From positions 62,992,001-63,056,000 of the forward strand of contig OX597827.1 of NCBI GenBank assembly GCA_951406725.2: 64,000 nucleotides of DNA, written 5' to 3'. The first letter of the stretch is position 1; each line of letters starts with the position of its first letter. This stretch comes from Octopus vulgaris. Its lineage: Eukaryota. The notes under the pieces were generated by a model. It was not told the DNA's origin, searched no databases, and was given only the letters and a program-made list of their open reading frames with translations. The position numbers and the translations under genes were made by a program. Shown in pieces: positions 15,257 to 28,119 of the stretch.

Positions 15257-15985
15257 CTTCAAGAGAGTTAGGGGTTGTGAGTCCAACCCACTAAGGGATA
15301 ATACCTATCCAATATACTGTTAATAGAATACCCAATTATTAAATAAACGAGTGTTTTTTATTGCATTGCAATTACATTATATAGTGTATTAAATGGCAGA
15401 AAGTAAAGAGATATTTTACCATTAAGTTATATTGGCAATAAGAAAATGGAGAAAAATTGTTGGTTCATCCACTTTAGGACATTAAAAATGTTAACTTATT
15501 TATTTATTAAACCGATAATTATAATAACATACATACATATAAGATGTAGATATGTATGTATATTTCAGTATATATAATTAATTATCTATAACCATATATG
15601 TATGTAAGTATATATATATATATATATATTCAAATGTGTGTGTATTTTGTTTCATACTTATATTTATATTTATTATTATTGTACTTTATAACTCCTGACG
15701 AAGCCTTGAGATATATACAAGTACCTCATTTTCAACTGCCTATTACCTCAATACACTTGACTAGGCAGAATGAGATGCTTTTATCTATGGGCTGAAACAG
15801 CTGTAAGTTATTTTAATAAATTATATTCATGTTTTTTTAATAATTACTTGTATTCTTATCTTATATGCATAGAATAATATGCTATATGTATGTATGTTAT
15901 TATAATTATCAGTTTAATAAATAAATAAGTTAACATGTTTAATGTCCTAAAGATGATAAACCAACTATTGTTCTCCTCCAATATA
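15255..15985. mobile_element. Penelope-like terminal remnant with inverted segment
   Basis: Starts at (TA)n; inverted repeat ~15455-15541 vs ~15883-15970; contains a hammerhead motif followed by AATAAA. Confidence 0.6.
15688..15811 (+). ncRNA. Minimal type-I hammerhead ribozyme motif
   Basis: AUAACU-C-CUGACGA-AGCC...GGCU-GAAAC-AGCU-GUA-AGUUAU; helix I AUAACU/AGUUAU, long helix II. Confidence 0.7.
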
Positions 15986-16750
15986 TTATATATATTGGGA
16001 AGCTTTATGAAAATAAACAAAAGACGAAGGCAGGTGGAAAACAAACGAACAATTGTATTAGTATGGCGCTCATATATAAAACAAGTAACGTATACGCTCT
16101 TCAACAGAAAGATACACAGAGAGAGAAAAACACAGAAAGAAGGAGAGAAAAAAATGCGTGCAGTAGCTAACGAATCAACATATATTTCGGCCAGAGGTCA
16201 TCAAACATATAAGGGGAGATAATAGGGTTGATAAGTGGGTGTGTGTGTGTGTGTGTGTGTGTATGAGAGAGTATTAGTGCGTAAGATTGGTCTGGACGTG
16301 CGTATGTATGGGGTTGGTGTATGTATTAGTATGTATTAGTATGTATTAGTACGTATTGGTATGTATAGGTGTGTGTGTGTGTGTGAGAGAGAGTATAAGT
16401 GCGTATATATATATATATTTATACGACGGGCTTCATTCAGTTTCTTTCTACCAACTCCACTCACATATAATAATCTTTCAGATAAACTTTTGGATCATAT
16501 CAGTAATTTGCATTGAGTATTTAAGACTGCAGTACAGTAATTATGTTAATTTAAGTTTAATTTAGACCTTTCAGGCGTTTGTATCTATTACGTAGAGAAA
16601 TATATATATTAAGTTGCTTTTTTTGAAACCGGTAGATCAAACTTTATTTATATCAAGCATAAAAGATATCCTTGTTGCTATGATTCATTTATCACGGAAC
16701 TACCACGGTAGTATAATAACAGCCTTACTACTTTGCCGTTAATAACCCGT

Positions 16751-17184
16751 AGGGGAAGGAGCGGCTGTGTGGTAAGTAGCTTTCTTACCAACCACATAGC
16801 TCCAGGTTCAGTCCCAATGCGTGGCATCTTGGGCAAGTGTCTTCTACTATAGCTTCGGGCCGACCAAAGCCTTGTGAGTGGATTTGGTAGACGGAAACTG
16901 AAAGAAGCCCGTCGTATATATGCATATATATATATGCATGTATGTGTTTGTGCATATGTTCGTGTGTCTGTGTTTGTCCCCCCAACATCGTTTGACAACC
17001 GATGCTGGTGTGTTTATGTCCCCGTTACTTAGCGGTTCGGCAAAGGAGACCGAATGAAAAAGTATTAGGCGTACAAATAATAAGTCCTGGAGTCGATTTG
17101 CTCGACTAAAGGCAGGGCTCCAGCATGGCCACAGTCAAATGACTGAAACAACTAAAAGAGTAAAAGACTAAAGAGTAAAGAGTA
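16751..17184 (+). mobile_element. SINE family A, full length
   Basis: Complete head-core-microsatellite-tail match to the other copies. Confidence 0.9.
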
Positions 17185-17949
17185 ACCCGCGTATTATTAG
17201 AAGACCAATTTACAACACTGATGAAGCTGGATTAGCAATCGAAACACGGTACCATGTTAGAGCTTCATACATCTTAGAGTAATTTGTATATGTTACATTT
17301 CGTATAAACATAAATACACACGCAGAAACGCATGCACTCTCATATGTATGTGGCTCGACGGGGTTTCTATTGATTATGTCTACACAATTTCACTGACGAG
17401 GCAATTGATAAAATGGATACCGTAGTATATATAAGACGCTGTGCTATGGTTCACCGCAATGGGATCGAACACTTTAACAACATAACGATTTTTGAGCCAC
17501 AAATGAATATATTATCTATTGATCTAGTTATGAAGTGCATTTATCTATTTATCTATTTCGTTTGTCTGTTGTATATAATCTTTTTATCTATTTATGAATT
17601 ACATTTCTCTATTTATCTGTTGCATGTATCAGTTATATACATTATTTAATTATGTATTTATGAATTACTTCTCTTTCTGTGTGTAAGCAATATATAATAT
17701 CTATCAATTGAATGGTGTTTAAACGATGTATAATGTGTGTGTGTGTGTGTGTGTCTGTGTGTGTTGTGTAATGGCTATCATGTATATATGCTATGTATGT
17801 GTCTAATGTCTTCCGATCTCTTTGTCTATCTATATTTTAACCTATTACTTATGGCAAAATTCTCTTCGAGATATTGCGTTTAATGGCATACACACATACA
17901 CATACACACACACAGATAGACAGACAGATAGATAGACAGACAGACAGAC

Positions 17950-18035
<86 letters not shown>

Positions 18036-18057
18036 TCAAATAGACAGACAAACGGAC

Positions 18058-18139
<82 letters not shown>

Positions 18140-18458
18140 GTAGAATTATAGGATAGACAAGGAAACAAGTGGTATAGTGTCACATTATCGTATATTTATA
18201 TTTATACATCATATACAGAAAAACCAATGCATAAAGGGATATAAATCACTGGAGAAATATTAAAAGTTCCACTATGAATAACTCCTGATATTTGGGATGT
18301 CTGCTGGTAGACTGAGAGAAGGGGCCTCGAAATAAGTCCACACTAGTGATATGACACAGCGTTGTAGGTAGAAGACCATCATCACAGGTGGGTACACAGA
18401 TTTGACCGGACAACTAAATGTATGCACCTGACATCGTATTATTCGTTATATGTGTGTA

Positions 18459-18528
<70 letters not shown>

Positions 18529-18529
18529 C

Positions 18530-18590
<61 letters not shown>

Positions 18591-18665
18591 GGTACAATAA
18601 ACTCAGGGTGAATACTTGATAAATGTAAGCACCTGTATATGCCAGCTAGTAGCATAGGTGATAGG

Positions 18666-18982
18666 ATATATGCATCAAATGAAATAAATGAAAAACAGGA
18701 CACAAAGGATGTTGCGGTACATATGTTTCGGGCTTTATAGAACAACTTATTCTTACATCAATGCATAATCGACATAACAGATAGTTCAAAAGCCCTCTTC
18801 AGCCGCGTGCAATTGCTACACCAAAGACTTAGCAATTGCACGCGGCTGAAGAGGGCTTTTGAACTATCTGTTATGTCGATTATGCATTAATGTAAGAATA
18901 ATTTGTTCTATAAAGCCCGAAACATATGTACCTCAACATCCTTTGTGTCCTGTTTTTCATTTATTTTATTTGATACATATAT
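18666..18982. repeat. Long foldback (153 bp arms, 11 nt spacer), PLE-like
   Basis: 18666-18818 is the reverse complement of 18830-18982 with 5 mismatches by eye; right arm abuts (TA)n. Confidence 0.95.
18714..18806 (-). ncRNA. Minimal type-I hammerhead ribozyme motif (mirror copy at 18842-18934, +)
   Basis: GCGG-CUGAAGA-GGGCUUU...AAAGCCC-GAAAC-AUAU-GUA-CCGC. Confidence 0.8.
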
Positions 18983-19272
18983 ATATATATATATATCAAA
19001 AGTGAGTGTAAAGGGCTATATTATTCTGGCGCTTACCGTATTTTCTCTCAAGTTGATTTCAGATGCCGTCTAACCACACCGGTCCGTATATAGTACTCGA
19101 GCTACAAATGAGTTATTAGGCCCGGGTAACCTCTCTCGTTCGGTAATTCCATGTCTCCTGATCAACACTGCATGTGTTCCGTAGAGAAATTAATAACATT
19201 AATAATGATAAATACAATGGACATTTTTCATATCCGTAATTTTATTTAACACTTACTTGGAGCATATTTTCC

Positions 19273-19358
19273 AGACCTACATGTGTTTCAACTGCAGCAA
19301 CTGCACACTGTTGGATATGCAACCTAGCATCATGGTCGCTGCAGTTTCCTCAGTGTCC
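19273..19358 (-). ncRNA. Minimal type-I hammerhead ribozyme motif
   Basis: GGACA-CUGAGGA-AACUGCAGCGAC...GUUGCUGCAGUU-GAAAC-ACAU-GUA-GGUCU; 12 bp helix II; lies in a TA-flanked insert ~18997-19465. Confidence 0.7.
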
Positions 19359-19463
19359 TTCACTATAGACCGTTTCGAAATAAACTGAAGAAAACAATGA
19401 GCTCTTGATTTCTGCTTATAATTATATATGTTATTTTCTCCATGCTTCTAATAATTAGTAATG

Positions 19464-19534
<71 letters not shown>

Positions 19535-19677
19535 AAATAGAAAGATGAATAATCTTGTAGCAGATTAATCAAAAGTTTAACCGATACCTTGGTAGCAAAA
19601 ATCACAGCAGAAGACAGCACGGTTGGAGGTACAACCATATGGTGTTGCAACCGTGCGTTGGTGCGGATAATTGAAAT

Positions 19678-20131
19678 TAAAATATTATTGGTGAATTGAA
19701 GAAATGGAGCTGAACGAAGATTGAACAGAAATCGTTTTATTTCATTCTACACGTGTTTCGAAAGGCACAATTTACCAAAATCCGATTGAATAATGAGACC
19801 ATATTGTGTCTTTCTCTTCAGGAAGAAATAGGAAATCCGTTGGAAAAAACAAAAACAGAACAGAGGCGGAGCAAAACAAATCGAACTAGGCTCCTAAGTT
19901 TTGCCATGGGCTCTTAGGAGCCTACTTCGATTTGTTTTGCTCCGCCTCTGTTCTGTTTTTGTTTTTCCAACGGATTTCCTATTTCTTCCTGAAGAGAAAG
20001 ACACAATATGGTCTCATTATTCAATCGGATTTTGGTAAATTGTGCCTTTCGAAACACGTGTAGAATGAAATAAAACGATTTCTGTTCAATCTTCGTTCAG
20101 CTCCATTTCTTCAATTCACCAATAATATTTT

Positions 20132-20132
<1 letters not shown>
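19678..20132. repeat. Long foldback (~220 bp arms, 14 nt spacer), PLE-like
   Basis: 19678-19898 vs 19913-20132; about one mismatch and one indel by eye; flanked by (TA)n. Confidence 0.95.
19982..20070 (+). ncRNA. Minimal type-I hammerhead ribozyme motif (mirror copy at 19740-19828, -)
   Basis: UUUCUUC-CUGAAGA-GAAAGACACAAU...AUUGUGCCUUUC-GAAAC-ACGU-GUA-GAAUGAAA, immediately followed by AAUAAA. Confidence 0.8.
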
Positions 20133-20211
<79 letters not shown>

Positions 20212-20364
20212 TTTATATACAAAGAGAGAGGTTATGAGAGGTAATGGTGTCAATAAGACCCAAAGGTGTCAGGTAATGCTGAGTAAGTACTATGGATAGA
20301 GCATAGTTAACCTCCAGGTTCGGTGATTATGCCAACGTAGGTCATATATCAGCATGTGTATATA

Positions 20365-20775
20365 TAATTTTTTTACAAAATGGGATATAAAAACCAAGAC
20401 TGTGAAGATTTTAGAACATTTATAAATAGGTCTTTCAGCTGTTTCCTGAATATTTATTATATCCCTTCATCGGAGACGGTATGAGAAAATGGTTAAGCAA
20501 TAGTTAATTCAGATAAGATACGAAATAGAGAGTGAAGTGGAGGAATGAAAATAGATGTGAGATATGCGGGGATACTGCTTTTGTAGATCCATTATTTAGG
20601 CAAAATGGTATACATATAAGATTCCAATACTTTGTGAGTAAAATCCAATAGTATTTAAAATTGTCATTGTAAATTCCAATAGTATTGAAAGTTGGTTACT
20701 CCAAGTATAGAGTTTGTACATAGTGCTATTGAATCGAGGGTTTTAGTTAAATAAAACCCTCGATTCAATAGCACA
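20365..20775 (-). mobile_element. PLE-like terminal repeat family E, copy 1, with variant hammerhead (20430-20477)
   Basis: Homologous to 28115-28285 and 61155-61510; ends in a 23 bp perfect hairpin at 20723-20774. Confidence 0.7.
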
Positions 20776-20884
20776 ATATAGCAGGATGTCATAGCATCGA
20801 AATCAAAGATTTCCTTACGGAGACAGTGGTCATTAAAAAGCTGTCGAATTGGATTCCATCTTACTTTTGGCTATTTATTCTTTC

Positions 20885-20939
<55 letters not shown>

Positions 20940-21000
20940 CATATATATATATGTGTGTGTGTGTATATATATATATACATACAATTATATATAAACACAT

Positions 21001-21043
<43 letters not shown>

Positions 21044-21962
21044 GTATCATATGTTGTGCAAATATACCTATGGCAGTTTGTGAGACTCCCTAAATGCGTG
21101 TTTGTGTGTGCGTATATAAGTGTATGCGGTTGCATATATTTTATGTATAAGTATGCATGCATGAGCATATATATATACGTGTGCGTATACATATTTATTT
21201 GCACACAATCTCAATAAAACACGTATGAGTCACTATGAATTCGATGTTTATTGTCACAACGTCCAATTGCTTTAATCTAAAATTTGCATTTAAATATACA
21301 TTTATATGCCATAATCAATAACGGTCGATAAGTAAGTTTTACTAGATATGCATTATAAAGGCTATTTTTCAAATTTCCATCTATCCTCCATCGTGATCAT
21401 GTGATATATGTATCTCTCACTAAACCAGCAAGTATAATCCATAGGTTTTATTTTAAGTCTATTTTATTTATTGTATTTTATTTTATATTATTTTCTATTT
21501 TATCTTTTAATGTTTTTACTGTCATTATAATTTTAGTTTATCTTTAGCTTGATTTAAATTTCTATGCATACTTTATCTATTTATTTATCTGTTTTCAAAA
21601 TATAATATATAGTATATAGTATATTCACAAATATCTAAAACCCATCAATCAAATACACTTTCAATATATAACTTTAAAATTTTAATACTTAATACTTTAT
21701 ACTTCCTTCGAAAGAAAAAATGATTACCTAAGTCACACGAGCTCTATATTAACTCTGAAATAATCCTACCACCATATAGTTAGAAAGTGGAAATTTTTCT
21801 TAGAATTAAAACAAATGCTTTGAAATTTCCACCAACTAGATGGTAGGACTGAAACATATATGTAGGGCCTTTTTTATTTTAACTTATTTCTCTTTGGGAT
21901 CTTAACTTCTAATCAATTTATTTATAGTGTTATTTTAAAAAACGTTATCTTTTTCTAACATA

Positions 21963-22089
21963 CTAGGTTGAGGAAAAAGTTCGTGCACCGTGTTAGAATA
22001 ACGAACATAATGAACACACCACACACACCACAAAAATATATTAAAAAGCATTACTTTAACATGGCACACGGACTCTTTCCTCAACATAA
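21963..22089. mobile_element. Mariner-type MITE
   Basis: ~33 bp imperfect TIRs (CTAGGTTGAGGAAAAAGTTCGTGCACCGTGTTA vs reverse complement TTATGTTGAGGAAAGAGTCCGTGTGCCATGTTA), TA on both sides. Confidence 0.75.
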
Positions 22090-22225
22090 TACAAATAAAT
22101 AATTATTCTCTATTTTCCCCTACTATTGATAATTTCAATAATCCTGATTACATATATCAATGAATATCGCGTTATATGATACGGATTAAACCAGTCGAAT
22201 ATACATATATATAAATATGTATATA

Positions 22226-22645
22226 TTACTCTTTTGCTCTTTTATTTGTTTCAGTCAATCGACTGCGGCCATACTGGAGCACCGCCTTTAATCGAGCAAC
22301 TCTACCCCGGGACTTATTCTTTGTAAGCCCAGTACTTATTCTATCGGTCTCTTTTGCCGAATCGCTAAGTGACGGGGACATAAAGACACCAGCATCGGTT
22401 GTCAAGCGATGTTGGATGGGACAAACACAGACACACAAACAAACACTCATATATATATATATATACATACATACATATATACGACAGGCTTCTTTCAGTT
22501 TCCATCTACCAAATCCACTCACAAGGCTTTGGTCGGCCCGAGGCTATAGTAGAAGACACTTGCCCAAGGTGCCACGCAGTGGGACTGAACCCGGAACCAT
22601 GTGGTTCGCAAACAAGCTACTTACCACACAGCCACTCCTGCACCT
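22226..22645 (-). mobile_element. SINE family A, full length
   Basis: Full-length match to the family. Confidence 0.9.
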
Positions 22646-22675
<30 letters not shown>

Positions 22676-22680
<5 letters not shown>

Positions 22681-23480
22681 CGATCGTACTTTCTAAACAT
22701 ACGTGCTTTGTTTCTTCATCTGGTTCGCAGCGAGAGAGCACTTGGAGCAACCATTGTTATCGCTTAGTGTTAAAACAACTGAAAGTCATAGACAGACAAG
22801 TGCGGCACCTAGTTCCGAATTGAACTCAGGAGTAAAGGGTACCGATATTTCGCCATTTTTATAGCTTATCCACATCAAGTGGATCGAACTCGGAGACGAA
22901 TCGAATCGCCAGCCTATGTCGATATATAAATAGTATAAAGACTATTTGCTGATGTGCCACTTTTGACACACATGTAAGATCAAATTCAATAACGGTATTA
23001 AAACACTTTCAGGTATTTTAATACCCAGTATTAACAAGGGTCATCCCCTAGCGCTATCTCACAGCAAATCCAGCAAATAAACAATACACATACATTATAC
23101 ATTGAGTATGTGTGATCGATGTTTACACTGCTAACACCGCATTTAATTCATTATTGAATTTAATCTTACAAGTGCATCTATATTTATGTCTGATCATAGA
23201 CTGGCGATTCGTCTCTGGTTCGATTCTGGTACGTGTTGGTGATAAACTATAAAAATGGCGAAATGTCGGTATCCAACACTCTTGAACTCGATCCGTAGCG
23301 AGGTCACTCACCTTTCCTGTCTATGACTTTTATGTGTTTTACCCTACAGTAGGGGTCATCCCAAATTGAGCTATTTCGCTGTGAATCCGGTGACAAAACA
23401 GACAAAACACATATTGAGTATGTGCCATCGATAATTGTGAATACCGCTAGTGCTGCATTTAATCCATTATTGAATATATA
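22676..23480. repeat. Old tandem-plus-inverted array of a ~315 bp unit
   Basis: 22676-23005 is a diverged reverse complement of ~23140-23435; 23030-23165 directly repeats 23345-23480. Confidence 0.75.
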
Positions 23481-23495
23481 TTTATTAGCATACAC

Positions 23496-23568
<73 letters not shown>

Positions 23569-23598
23569 CACATATATATACATGTATGCACCCCCACC

Positions 23599-23632
<34 letters not shown>

Positions 23633-23773
23633 ATTATTAGATTATAGGGAGTGTTTGTCCACGATAGGACTACACAGCCACAGCAGGAAATGTATCAGGG
23701 CATGAAATGTAAAAGCCGGACTAGACTACTTTATGCGCAACTCCATTGTCTCCCGAGACAAAAAGGATGCCAA

Positions 23774-23841
<68 letters not shown>

Positions 23842-24791
23842 AATGGGACAAGAACGCAAAATATCCAGACAGTTAGTTGAAACAAAAAAGGGACAACAAA
23901 ACATCCAGACAGACGATACAAAAAAAACACAAGGACGGGTCATTCGGAGTTTTCTTTCTACAGTCGAGTTCCAGATATTATCTTTGCAATTTCGGCCTGT
24001 TATACTCGAGATCAACATCGCCCTTTTTTTTATCATTTCGGTATGTACTAGGCTGAGTAATAAACTACCAGTTAAGTACTGGAACTTTATTCATCTACAA
24101 GTCTAGTACTGGTGTCGATTCTTCCTTTGCTATCTTGAATATACCTGTAACAAAAGGGTCTCTCCTTTGTTGTATCGGTTATTACTTTGTGAATGCCTCG
24201 TGGAATACTCAACCACTTAGACGTCAATTTCATGAGTAAGAGATTTTGATATTCAGTATGGAATGGGGTTAAAACCACTAACACTAGGTCTTTTAACTGA
24301 CGTTCTCATAACACTGCCAAATTCGTCACTTTCACTTTCATTGTGAAATTGCGTTTAACATATGCCTGAGACAAAATTTGATATATTTAAATGAATAAAG
24401 ATATATTGCGTATAACACAGATATATTTATGGTCAATACAGTAACATAATAAATGGCAGAGACAGGTTTGATATTAGAAAGACCAAAAAAAAAACAAAAG
24501 GCAAAAGAATGAAACAGACACCAAAAGCGTAATTACAATTGAGATAATGGTAATGTAATAACGATATTGCTTCTGAAGAATACATATCTCTATAGGGAAA
24601 TGCTATATGTTATATTTCAAAAATAAAAAAAATCACGACATCATAGACATTATAGAATATATAGTACATTGTTTTATTATTTGTCATGTAAAGAATAGTT
24701 CTTAAAAACAACAATTAATATGAATCGAATAGAGCTAAAAAGTTAAAAAAAAAAAGAAAATTTCAAAAATGTTGTTATTTGATACATATAT

Positions 24792-24958
24792 AGGTGCAGG
24801 AGTGGCTGTGTGGTAAGTAGCTTGCTAACCAACCACATCGTTCCGGGTTCAGTCCCACTGCGTGGCATCTTGGGCAAGTGTCTTCTGCTATAGCCCCCGG
24901 GCCGACCAATGCCTTGTGAATGGATTTGGTAGACGGAAACTGAAAGAAGCCTGTCGTA

Positions 24959-24997
<39 letters not shown>

Positions 24998-25214
24998 ATA
25001 TGTTTGTGTGTCTGTGTTTGTCCCCCTAGTATTGCTTGACAACCGATGCTGGTGTGTTTACGTCCCCGTCACTTAGCGGTTCGGCAAAAGAGACCGATAG
25101 AATAAGCACTGGGCTTACAAAGAATAAGTCCCGGGGTCGATTTGCTCGACTAAAGGCGGTGCTCCAGCATGGCCGTAGTAAAATGACTGAAACAAGTAAA
25201 AGAGTAAAAGAGTA
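24792..25214 (+). mobile_element. SINE family A, full length
   Basis: Full-length match to the family. Confidence 0.9.
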
Positions 25215-25521
25215 TATATAAAACAAACGATGGTTCTCGGAAGTGGGGAAAAGTAGATTTCTAAAACAAAGCTTGTGTGTGAATTAGAATCTGTAGTTGC
25301 AAGGGTATAAGAACACGAAGATCTCCAATTTCTCGTAGGTAGTAAGTTTGTTGTGTTATTTTGTTGTGTGACGCACTCTGCAAAGTGCATTACACGGAAA
25401 GTGTATGGAAGGTGTGGCTATGTTATAGGAAGTTTGTTTCTCGTCCACACGGTTCTGGTTTCAGTCCCACTGCGTGATACCTTAGGCAAGTGTATTCTAC
25501 GGAAAGTGAAAGAAGCCCGTC

Positions 25522-25558
<37 letters not shown>

Positions 25559-25664
25559 TGTGAAGTCAAAATAAGGGTGAAAAAATTGAATATTAATTAT
25601 TAACATCAAATTAAACACCAAGTGGCCTAGCGTATAAAATACTGGAATACAGTAAAAATTATTA

Positions 25665-25810
25665 ATACAAAACAATAACAGAGAGTCCACTATGTGGACG
25701 CTCTAACGCTCTAACGCTTGAGAACAATTCCTTGGTGGCGGATTCCCTTTGCGGATCTATATCTAGCGTTAGAGCGTCCCCATAGTGGACTCTCTCTTAT
25801 TGTTTTGTGT
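25665..25810. repeat. Foldback with ~45 bp arms inside a (TA)n-flanked insert (25558-25810)
   Basis: ACAAAACAATAACAGAGAGTCCACTATGTGGACGCTCTAACGCT vs AGCGTTAGAGCGTCCCCATAGTGGACTCTCTCTTATTGTTTTGT. Confidence 0.85.
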
Positions 25811-25924
25811 ATATATATATATATAAGCAATTATTGAAATAAGCACTACTAAGTATTTTCTATACAAATAATACCTGGTTCTCATCTGTGAACTATATGT
25901 GTGTGTGTTTGATGTATCAGCGTG

Positions 25925-25956
<32 letters not shown>

Positions 25957-25976
25957 TGTATGTATGTATGTATGTA

Positions 25977-26012
<36 letters not shown>

Positions 26013-26036
26013 TGTATGTATGTATGTATGTATGTA

Positions 26037-26072
<36 letters not shown>

Positions 26073-26288
26073 TGTATGTATGTATGTGTGTGTGTGTGTG
26101 TATGTATATGCTTGTGTGTATGTAAGCAGACAAGTGATCGTTTGAACGTTAGAGAGATTACTTTGCATTAATCATTTTAGCATTCTTCTCAAATTAAAAT
26201 TAACTTTGTGTTTCTTCATCCAGTGTCGGTAAATGAAATACTATTCTTACATTGGCCTCAAATCTTCTCTTTTCCCCCTCTCTCTCTC

Positions 26289-26329
<41 letters not shown>

Positions 26330-26497
26330 TTCTGCTACTAATTCTCTTCTTTCGGAAGAAATCACTCTTACTAAGTCCTGGAGAATCATGGGCCCCAACA
26401 GTGCTAAAAATAATTCCCAAAGTCGCGCTTATAATAATTCCCAAAGTCCTAAGGCAACCCAAAGCATCTTTGTAGATTTATATATTTGTCATTGCTA

Positions 26498-27990
26498 GCA
26501 AGGTAGCTATGAGCACCGAGGCCCCAACTACGTCTGCCTCAATGAAGGCCTTACTGAAGCCGTCATATTAGGCTGAGTTCAAAGCTGCCATGGCGCTGTT
26601 TGCGACCACATTGTTACCACCATCTTTGGCCAGAGATTAACGAAACTAATTTATCTGTTTTACCATCGCTTTCCACCTTGCATGGAATTCACTCCCAATA
26701 TATCTAATGTTGCTGTTAGCTTTCTAAATATCTTTGTTGCTATTTACATCCACCTATATACTTCCATACACTGTAAATCGAATGCTTTCTACTTGTTCCA
26801 ATATCCTTTCTCTCACACTTCACGCCCCAACTCTTCTATCATTTTCTATATTTTCATTCGTCACAGAAACCGACAAAAAAACCAAATTAACGTCTGAATT
26901 GGACATGATACACTTTCTGGATTTTGAATATTTGCGTTGTATATTGACGCTACACTCTCGTACATCATCCAGACTACCGTTGTCGAAGTAGTTGGCAAGC
27001 ATACCTCTGTCGATACGATTCCCATTCCTTTTAATTTTAAATTGGTCACGCTTATAGTAAAACACACATTCCTCCATATCTGTTATTATCTATTCTTCAA
27101 CTCTATTGGCTTGCTGTTTTTATCGGAACGCTGTTTAGTTAGTAGTTCACTTCAGATACATATTGGTGTCTTCAAAATCAATTGTTTCTTCATCTCAAAC
27201 ATCAAAAATACAAGTGCACTTCTTTCAGTAGCATATGGATTATGTGTCAAATGTAATCTCGAAAAATCAGGCATGAGTTTCAATGATATATGCAGAAAGA
27301 ATATTAACTGAAGTGGCACTAACTTTAAGAACGTCGGTTAAGAGATCGTTCGTACGGATACTTTAAAAGCATTTTCCACCTTACTCTATGCAGACCATAG
27401 ACCCAATTTCCAACTCTACTGGCTACTCTACTGACCTTCTCTATGGTGTTTCTAAACGCTATAGTCAGTCTCCCCAATTTCCGCCAGCATAAAGAGAAGC
27501 AACTGATCTTCCCACTTGTCACAGCCGCACCAACATGTTTTAACGATTGTTTCTTTCTTGACATCCATAACAAGTGTACAACACGTACGTAATCACAATC
27601 TTGTTATTTGTGTACTTACATCACTGCCTTCAAAGCCATACAATCAGCTTGATCACGTTTTATATACTCATATAAAATTTCATACTCGTGTCCGTTGACA
27701 TCTTCTTACACATTCATAAAGCTGTAATGACCGCTCTCAAAAATAGTAATTTCTCATATACACACACACACCATACAATCACATACTCGATTCTGTTATA
27801 TGATTACACAAACTGAGCCATACCGACTTCGTATGGCTACACCTCTTTGCAACTCACGCGGTATCTTTATATATTCGTCATGCATATTTAGTTGAAAATA
27901 TCACCATTCTCAGATGAGGTATTTGCCCTGAAACTTCAGACATTTCCGCAACACACGATATAAGTTATAATAAATAACTGAAGATCACGA
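26498..27990 (+). pseudogene. Penelope-like (Neptune-like) retroelement RT remnant
   Basis: Frameshifted VAMST.GPNYVCLNEGLTE (PLE RT motif GVAMGTxMGPxYACLF) near 26500; EFTPNISNVAVSFLNIFVAI...TSIHCKS...YPFSH (26682-26897) matches PLE RT/thumb; SCYLCTYI near 27600; decayed hammerhead CAGAUGA...GAAAC at 27911-27934. Confidence 0.65.
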
Positions 27991-28067
27991 AATTTATTGT
28001 TTCTTTATATGAGGTTTTTATATGATAACGCATAAATGTATCAACACATATCATACGCACACATACA

Positions 28068-28114
<47 letters not shown>

Positions 28115-28119
<5 letters not shown>

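Noticed and set aside
17214-17258. CUGAUGA...GAAACACGGUA hammerhead-like motif; weaker ones at 18311-18340, 21750-21870, 31243-31280 and 58830-58865
   Set aside because: Core or helices too damaged to call as ribozymes; probably decayed PLE motifs
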